Shown: one piece after another, positions 27,246 to 32,000 of the stretch | How the letters are laid out: the number at the start of each line of letters is the position of its first letter | Position numbering within the stretch: position 1 is the stretch's first letter | NCBI GenBank assembly: GCA_030606485.1 | Contig: JAUWGH010000007.1 | Coordinates: forward strand, 30,001-62,000 | Source of the DNA: Promethearchaeota archaeon | Lineage (GTDB): Archaea; Asgardarchaeota; Lokiarchaeia; Sigyniarchaeales; SOKP01 | Direction: 5' to 3' | DNA length: 32,000 bases | The notes under the pieces: generated by a model | What the model was told of the DNA's origin: nothing | The model's input: the letters and a program-made list of their open reading frames with translations, nothing else | Databases searched by the model: none | Made by a program: the position numbers and the translations under genes

Positions 27246-28052
27246 ATGAGAGATTTTAGAATTATTCAACATATCAACCTTTCACTTGACTCGATAAATG
27301 ATCCGATTTGTCTCCTCGGTATGCCCGGCATAGCCGATGTAGGCAAGTTCGCAATCGATCAAATTATTGGTCTCCTAAAGGCAAAACCATATTTAGAAAT
27401 TATATTTAATGATTATCCAGCTGGAGCAATAGTTGATGATTGTTTATTGTCTGCACCTAAAGCAGAAGTAATGTTTTGGAAGGATCCAAACAATAAAAGA
27501 GATTTTTTCTTAGTAACAGCAGATTCTCAGGCACTTAATCCTAAGGGAATTTATAAAATATCAGATTTTATCGCAAGTTTAATGTATAAATTTAAAATAA
27601 AATTAATAATTTCTCTGGGAGCTTTTCCAACTAATAATCCATCTAAATCTCCTTCGATATTTTTTAGTACAACAAATAAAGATTTTATAGATCAATTTAT
27701 CAAGGATGGAAAATGTAAAAGGATTAAAAAAGGAGTTATTGTTGGTGCTAATGGTTTAATTCCCACATTAGTAAAAGCCAGATTTAATATTGATGGAATT
27801 GTATTTTTAGCAGAAACTGATAATATTGCGGTAATTAATGACGAAATCACAGATCTAAAGGCATCAATATCCTTAATAAATTTATTAAAAGAAAACTTTA
27901 ATTTACCAATTGAAAGAAAATATACTTTAGAAAAAATTGAAGAAATTACTAAAAATCTACAAATCAAGAAAGAGAAATTGGAGCGCGATTTAGACAATTT
28001 CCACTTAATGGATAAAAATTCTGAAGAGAAAAGGAAATCGCTTTATATCTAA
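27246..28052 (+). CDS. PAC2-family proteasome assembly chaperone
   Basis: LLGMPGIADVGK, IISLGAF, GVIVGANGLI motifs; C-terminal LYI (HbYX-like). Confidence 0.85.
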   Translation: MRDFRIIQHINLSLDSINDPICLLGMPGIADVGKFAIDQIIGLLKAKPYLEIIFNDYPAGAIVDDCLLSAPKAEVMFWKDPNNKRDFFLVTADSQALNPKGIYKISDFIASLMYKFKIKLIISLGAFPTNNPSKSPSIFFSTTNKDFIDQFIKDGKCKRIKKGVIVGANGLIPTLVKARFNIDGIVFLAETDNIAVINDEITDLKASISLINLLKENFNLPIERKYTLEKIEEITKNLQIKKEKLERDLDNFHLMDKNSEEKRKSLYI

Positions 28053-28120
28053 AATATTTATAGAAGTAGCAATTTTTTAAGTTCTATTTATAATAAAACA
28101 CTTAGTCTTTCTATTTTTTT

Positions 28121-28267
28121 TTATATAGCCTTGATTCGTTTAATTACACCTGGTCTCTTCTTATAGAGAATTCGATACCCACAATGACTACATTTAATTC
28201 CGGGTAATGCCTTTAATTCATCACGAGTAACTTCTTTATTGCAACCTTTTCTAGCGCAATAATACAT
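28121..28267 (-). CDS. rpoP: DNA-directed RNA polymerase subunit P (Rpo12), 48 aa; missed by ORF track
   Basis: Manual translation: MYYCARKGCNKEVTRDELKALPGIKCSHCGYRILYKKRPGVIKRIKAI*, with the typical IKC..CGYRILYK.R signature. Confidence 0.93.
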   Translation of the reverse strand: MYYCARKGCNKEVTRDELKALPGIKCSHCGYRILYKKRPGVIKRIKAI

Positions 28268-28373
28268 AATCAAATTAATAATTGATTCATAGTTAAAAAA
28301 TTTTACTTTCAGAATTTATTAAATTTAATTGTGAGTTTTATGAATGATGGTTTTCACTTATCTTGCCTGTCAG

Positions 28374-28416
28374 TGGAATTTTAATCGATACCACATCGCT
28401 CTACTGTAAAATTCCA
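28374..28416. ncRNA. Candidate structured RNA element (nested hairpin) between tfb and rpoP
   Basis: Perfect 10-bp stem TGGAATTTTA (28374-28383) / TAAAATTCCA (28407-28416) enclosing CGAT-ACCAC-ATCG; GC-richer than the flanking intergenic DNA. Confidence 0.35.
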
Positions 28417-28451
28417 AAGCTTTTTTAAGAAAATAAAAATAATAGGATAAT

Positions 28452-29387
28452 TTAATGTTCTATATTAAAATTTAATTTTGATATTAGCTCTTTATACCGA
28501 GTTCTTACAGTTGCTTCTGTTATTCCAGCAATATCTGCAATTGCCTTTTGTGTGCGACGTTCATCAGTTTGAATTGCGGCGATGTAAAGTGAAGCTGCAG
28601 CTAAACCTGTAGGTGCTTTTCCTGCAGTAATATAATGTTTTTGAGCTAACTGTAGGATTTTTGCAGCTTTATTTTGAGTTCTACCTGATAAACTCAAATC
28701 CGCACAAAATCTTGGAATAAAGTCGATTGGTGATGATACTCTTATATTTCTTATTTTTAATTCTTTTAATATTAATCTATAGCAACGCCCCAACTCTTTT
28801 TTTGTAATGGAAGAAAATTCGATAAAATCGTCTAAAGTCTTAGGTAATCCCTTTAATCTACAAGTTGTGAATAATGAAGCTGCCAACATAGCTTCAATCG
28901 ATCGACCTCTTATTAAATTCTTATATACCATTTTTCTATATATTATTGCAGCCGATTCTTTAATAGAACTTGGTAGATTTAATTGAGAACAATATCTATC
29001 TAATTCGTTCATCGCATTTGCCAAATTTCTATCAATGGATTTATGTATCCGTGATCGAGTATGCCATTTTCTCAATCTATGAACTTCGGCTTTCATTTTT
29101 GGGCTAATTTTTTTACCATGTGCATCTTTATCTTTCCAATCGATTGTTGTGCTTAAACCTTTATCGTGTAGTGTAAATGTTGAAGGAGCTCCAACTCGAA
29201 TTTTTTTAGCTTTCTCTTCTGATGAAAATGCTCTCCAATCCGGTCCGGAATCAATAATTCTTTGATTAATTACTAATCCACATGTGTTACAAATGATTTC
29301 TCCTCTAGATAAATCTGAAATAACCGTGAAATTTCCACATTCCGGGCATTTCTCTAAATTTTTCTCGTTTTCATCTTGAGTAGTCAC
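28452..29387 (-). CDS. tfb: Transcription initiation factor IIB
   Basis: CPECG..CNTCG zinc ribbon, IDSGPDWRAF, two cyclin repeats (LIRGRSIE, GKAPTGLAAA, TEATVRTRYKEL); GTG start. Confidence 0.97.
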   Translation of the reverse strand: MTTQDENEKNLEKCPECGNFTVISDLSRGEIICNTCGLVINQRIIDSGPDWRAFSSEEKAKKIRVGAPSTFTLHDKGLSTTIDWKDKDAHGKKISPKMKAEVHRLRKWHTRSRIHKSIDRNLANAMNELDRYCSQLNLPSSIKESAAIIYRKMVYKNLIRGRSIEAMLAASLFTTCRLKGLPKTLDDFIEFSSITKKELGRCYRLILKELKIRNIRVSSPIDFIPRFCADLSLSGRTQNKAAKILQLAQKHYITAGKAPTGLAAASLYIAAIQTDERRTQKAIADIAGITEATVRTRYKELISKLNFNIEH

Positions 29388-29446
29388 AAAAAGTTAACCC
29401 TCAAACCAAGAAACCAATCTATTATTACAAAAAAAAGAAATAAACA

Positions 29447-29462
29447 CTTTTAAATGTTTGGG
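29447..29462 (-). promoter_or_regulatory. Putative BRE-TATA promoter of tfb
   Basis: Minus strand CCCAAACA-TTTAAAAG about 60 bp upstream of the GTG start. AT-rich context makes this motif weakly discriminating. Confidence 0.4.
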
Positions 29463-29517
29463 TTTTGTTAATGTGTAGAATAATAATTTACTTTAAAGCT
29501 TTTGATGATTTAATATC

Positions 29518-29534
29518 GACAAAAAATTTAAATA
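29518..29534 (+). promoter_or_regulatory. Putative BRE-TATA promoter of the zinc-finger gene (near-leaderless)
   Basis: CGACAAAAAA-TTTAAATA ends 24 bp before ATG 29559. Confidence 0.45.
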
Positions 29535-29558
29535 ACTTTTATAGCTTTTTAATATTGA

Positions 29559-30050
29559 ATGACATTAAATATGTTTAGGAGTATTCATGGACCGCATTGT
29601 TTATTAAGAGCTTTTAAAACTATTTGTCCCAAATGTAAAAATGATGTGTTCTATTGGGAATGCTCTCATGGATCTAAGGTATTTTTTGAATATCCAATAT
29701 ATGGGCGATTAATTCGGCATAAATGTAAAAAACACTCAACTAAAGAAAACTCAAAAAAAAAAAACCACATTAAGGTAAAAATCCCATTATTTATAATAAA
29801 AGATAATTTTAGTTGCCCAATTTGTGGAAAAATTTTTAGTAAAAAAAATCAACTTGTTGATCACATAAAACAGTTAAAAAAAAGTGATGAAGCTCATCAT
29901 AACTTCTATAATAATAAACTTAATTTAAAGACGGATTCAGAAATACTCAACTATGATTTAAATAAAAATTTAAGTGAAAATGAGAATAAAAATCATTACA
30001 AACCGACTTTTGGTAAGATTACAATTGTCAATAAAAAATCAAGTAAATGA
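29559..30050 (+). CDS. Two-zinc-module protein: CxxC..C/H module plus C2H2-like finger
   Basis: CPKC...WECSHGSKVFF...HKC, then FSCPICGKIFSKKNQLVDH...H. Confidence 0.8.
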   Translation: MTLNMFRSIHGPHCLLRAFKTICPKCKNDVFYWECSHGSKVFFEYPIYGRLIRHKCKKHSTKENSKKKNHIKVKIPLFIIKDNFSCPICGKIFSKKNQLVDHIKQLKKSDEAHHNFYNNKLNLKTDSEILNYDLNKNLSENENKNHYKPTFGKITIVNKKSSK

Positions 30051-30137
30051 AAAAATAATAATATTAAAAAATTAAAAATTTAATATATTTTAACAAATTT
30101 ATTTTTAATATAAACAAAAAAATAATTATTGATTTTT

Positions 30138-30743
30138 ATGTCTATTGATTATGATGGAATTGTATCTGAATTGATGCAAAGAGATCCATCTATAATTGCC
30201 GTTGCGGTTATAACAGGAGCTCAAGATATTGTTTATTCAACAGATAATTGGGATATTAGCTCAGATATTAGTAAGGTTTCATCTGCATGGAGTTCAATGA
30301 ATGCTCAGTTTGTAATAATTTCTGGTGTAAAATACTCAATGTTACAATGTACTATTGAAAGAATGGTATGTACTAACATAAAAGGGCAGGGACACATTGT
30401 TGGGGCTAAGGATGACGAGCATAAAATTATTGCATATGTCGAACCCGAAGCGGATATAAATGGTGCTTATATGGATACAGCTCGAATCTTAGATAAAATG
30501 AGTTCAAAAACCCCTTATTTGGATGAAAATGCCCAATTAGGAACTTCCCAACCAGTAGCTCCCGTTTCTGGAGGAGTAGCTATCGATCCCCAACTAAAAA
30601 GTGAAATTACGGCTTTTCTTGATTGGATAAAAGCCGAAGATGGCCTTTCGGGATATCTAAATTATTATCTTCAACAAAATAATGCAAATATCATGAGCGA
30701 ATTGGCAAAAATTTATAGCGATTTACGCAATATTTGTCAATAA
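30138..30743 (+). CDS. Asgard (Loki-type) profilin with ~75-aa C-terminal extension
   Basis: DPSIIAVAVI..IVYSTDNWDIS, VIISGVKYSMLQCT.ERMV.TNIKGQGHIVGAKDD..KIIAYV..AYMDTAR matches the recalled Loki-profilin pattern. ATG 30138 is preferred to TTG 30129. Confidence 0.85.
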   Translation: MSIDYDGIVSELMQRDPSIIAVAVITGAQDIVYSTDNWDISSDISKVSSAWSSMNAQFVIISGVKYSMLQCTIERMVCTNIKGQGHIVGAKDDEHKIIAYVEPEADINGAYMDTARILDKMSSKTPYLDENAQLGTSQPVAPVSGGVAIDPQLKSEITAFLDWIKAEDGLSGYLNYYLQQNNANIMSELAKIYSDLRNICQ

Positions 30744-30919
30744 TTGGTATTTAACGCAATTTTTTAAATGAATATACTTGTATTTTCTTTTTTCCTTTAA
30801 AATTCTTTTTTAACAATTTCTAATTTTAAATTTTAACTATGAAAATAAAAAATTATTTTAATCTCATTGTTTCTTAAATTAATAAATAGTAATGAAAACA
30901 AATTAATTGGTGAAATCAA

Positions 30920-32000
30920 ATAAAGCTATATTTAATTCAAGATAAAGAAATCATATCTTCTAAAAAATTGTCTTATGATAATTTTATATTTATATTTGAT
31001 GCTCAAAATAAAATTGGGGGTTTTTGGAAAGGTGAATTTGCTGAAGAATTTGATGAAATTTTTGCTAAGGAAATTATAGAAAAAATTATTAAGAAATTTG
31101 GTGACTTAGATTTTAGGATTTTCGATACATTAGATCCAAAAAATGAAGAAGATAATAATAACAAAATCTTAAAAATTGAAATCTTAAAAAGATTACCTAA
31201 TAAGACCCTTTGGAAAATTAAAAGAAGGATTTCGTCCTTATTTGTATCTAAAAAAATTAGGTCTAAAATTGGAGAATTTCGCACATTTGATAGTTCATGG
31301 AAATGGCGTAGAGACTTATTAAATTTAGAAAATATTAGTAAATTGTCAATTACAAATATATTAATTATGTTTATTACCATAATCTTTATTTATAATATAG
31401 GAATTTTACAATTGTATGATGGAACTCTTTCTTTTTTGTTTATTATTTTTCTTTTATTAGCTTTAACTATAGTTAACTTAATATTTGTTTTATTTCCAAT
31501 GAGATTTCCTGGAGTTATAAAAAAAATAATTAATTTAGAAGATAAGGAACATGAAGAGGAAGAAGTCCAGACAAGAAAAATTGAAGAAATAAAGGTCATT
31601 AAAGAACCTCTTAAACCATCTATCCCTATCTTACCTTCAGAGCAGAAATCAGAAGAATCGTCAAAACTTCGATCTTTAATTAAATCTACTACTCCATTAA
31701 AAAAAAATGAAAATGAAAAAACAAAAAAAGAAAAAGAAAAATCATTAGAATCTCTTAAAGATGGAAAATCTGACCTAAAGATCCCAGAAGTTCCAGTAGC
31801 TCCTCCAAAACAGATAATCAAACTCGATTCCCCCGAAGTTTCTCCCGAACTCTTAAAAAAAATAACTAAAGGAGAAACTAAAGAACTAAAATATGTGCTT
31901 GTTAAATGTGATAGATGTAATAAAATAATTGCATTTCCTGTTCCGAAGAAAAAAGTTCTTAAATCAGAATTACCTGTTGTTCCCATTTCATATATTCATG
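30920..32000 (+). CDS. 3'-truncated membrane protein: gelsolin-like N-terminal domain, 2 TM helices, charged/Pro-rich linker, CxxC domain; missed by ORF track
   Basis: I translated this frame codon by codon from 30914 to 32000 and found no stop (at least 360 codons). It reads IKLYLIQDKEIISSKKLSYDNFIFIFDAQNKIGGFWKGEFAEEFDEIFAKEIIEKIIKKF...ILIMFITIIFIYNIGIL..TLSFLFIIFLLLALTIVNLIFVLFPM...KIPEVPVAPPK...VKCDRCNKIIAFPVP...PVVPISYIH. Start is inferred at ATA 30920 behind GGTGA; the first standard start is TTG 30968. Confidence 0.85.
   Translation, partial: MKLYLIQDKEIISSKKLSYDNFIFIFDAQNKIGGFWKGEFAEEFDEIFAKEIIEKIIKKFGDLDFRIFDTLDPKNEEDNNNKILKIEILKRLPNKTLWKIKRRISSLFVSKKIRSKIGEFRTFDSSWKWRRDLLNLENISKLSITNILIMFITIIFIYNIGILQLYDGTLSFLFIIFLLLALTIVNLIFVLFPMRFPGVIKKIINLEDKEHEEEEVQTRKIEEIKVIKEPLKPSIPILPSEQKSEESSKLRSLIKSTTPLKKNENEKTKKEKEKSLESLKDGKSDLKIPEVPVAPPKQIIKLDSPEVSPELLKKITKGETKELKYVLVKCDRCNKIIAFPVPKKKVLKSELPVVPISYIH

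Noticed and set aside
30893-30913. Selenocysteine or stop read-through at TGA 30911 extending the last ORF, and a SECIS role for the 28374-28416 hairpin
   Set aside because: A second in-frame TGA at 30893 leaves only five codons and no start; that TGA is better explained as part of the GGTGA SD. The hairpin lacks a clear AUGA/GA core, and tfb has no in-frame TGA.
31003-31986. Two minus-strand ORFs in the track (31003-31380 and 31390-31986)
   Set aside because: They are antisense shadows rich in F/S/L/I. The plus-strand frame is stop-free with coherent domain structure and typical GAA/AAA codons.
1-32000. CRISPR arrays, IS transposases, integrases, rRNA genes
   Set aside because: No regularly spaced repeats, no transposase or integrase motifs, and no long GC-rich RNA gene were seen. 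The tRNA shows no duplicated 3' end suggesting an att site within the window.

Overview
AT-rich, gene-dense archaeal chromosomal window. A Loki-type profilin, TFB, RpoP, aIF2-beta and an archaeal initiator tRNA point to an Asgard archaeon, most likely Lokiarchaeia/Promethearchaeota (inferred). From left to right: (1) 1-9880, an arginine/ornithine/proline catabolic cluster (ArcE-type arginine synthetase, AOR-family oxidoreductase, two-subunit proline-dehydrogenase-like flavoenzyme, OTC, carbamate kinase, convergent ornithine aminotransferase). (2) 10-20 kb, housekeeping genes (Get3, NcsA/TtuA, multi-PDZ site-2 protease, intron-containing initiator tRNA-Met, RPA2-like, aIF2b-DUF424-NMD3-RIO1-Dim2, FtsZ). 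(3) 20.5-27 kb, an accessory-looking block: a fold-III PLP enzyme lacking its catalytic Cys plus a GT4, divergent from a YcaO with a Cys4 tail, then a small gene split at a UCC-UAA +1 site, a SWIM protein, a THUMP-less ThiI and YkgJ. (4) PAC2, RpoP (missed by the ORF track), TFB and a C2H2 finger protein. (5) At the right end, a profilin with a C-terminal extension followed by a plus-strand ORF the track missed, with a gelsolin-like N-terminus, two TM helices, a Pro-rich linker and a CxxC domain, running off the window. No CRISPR array, transposase, integrase or rRNA was seen. All family calls come from motif recognition by eye; no searches were run.
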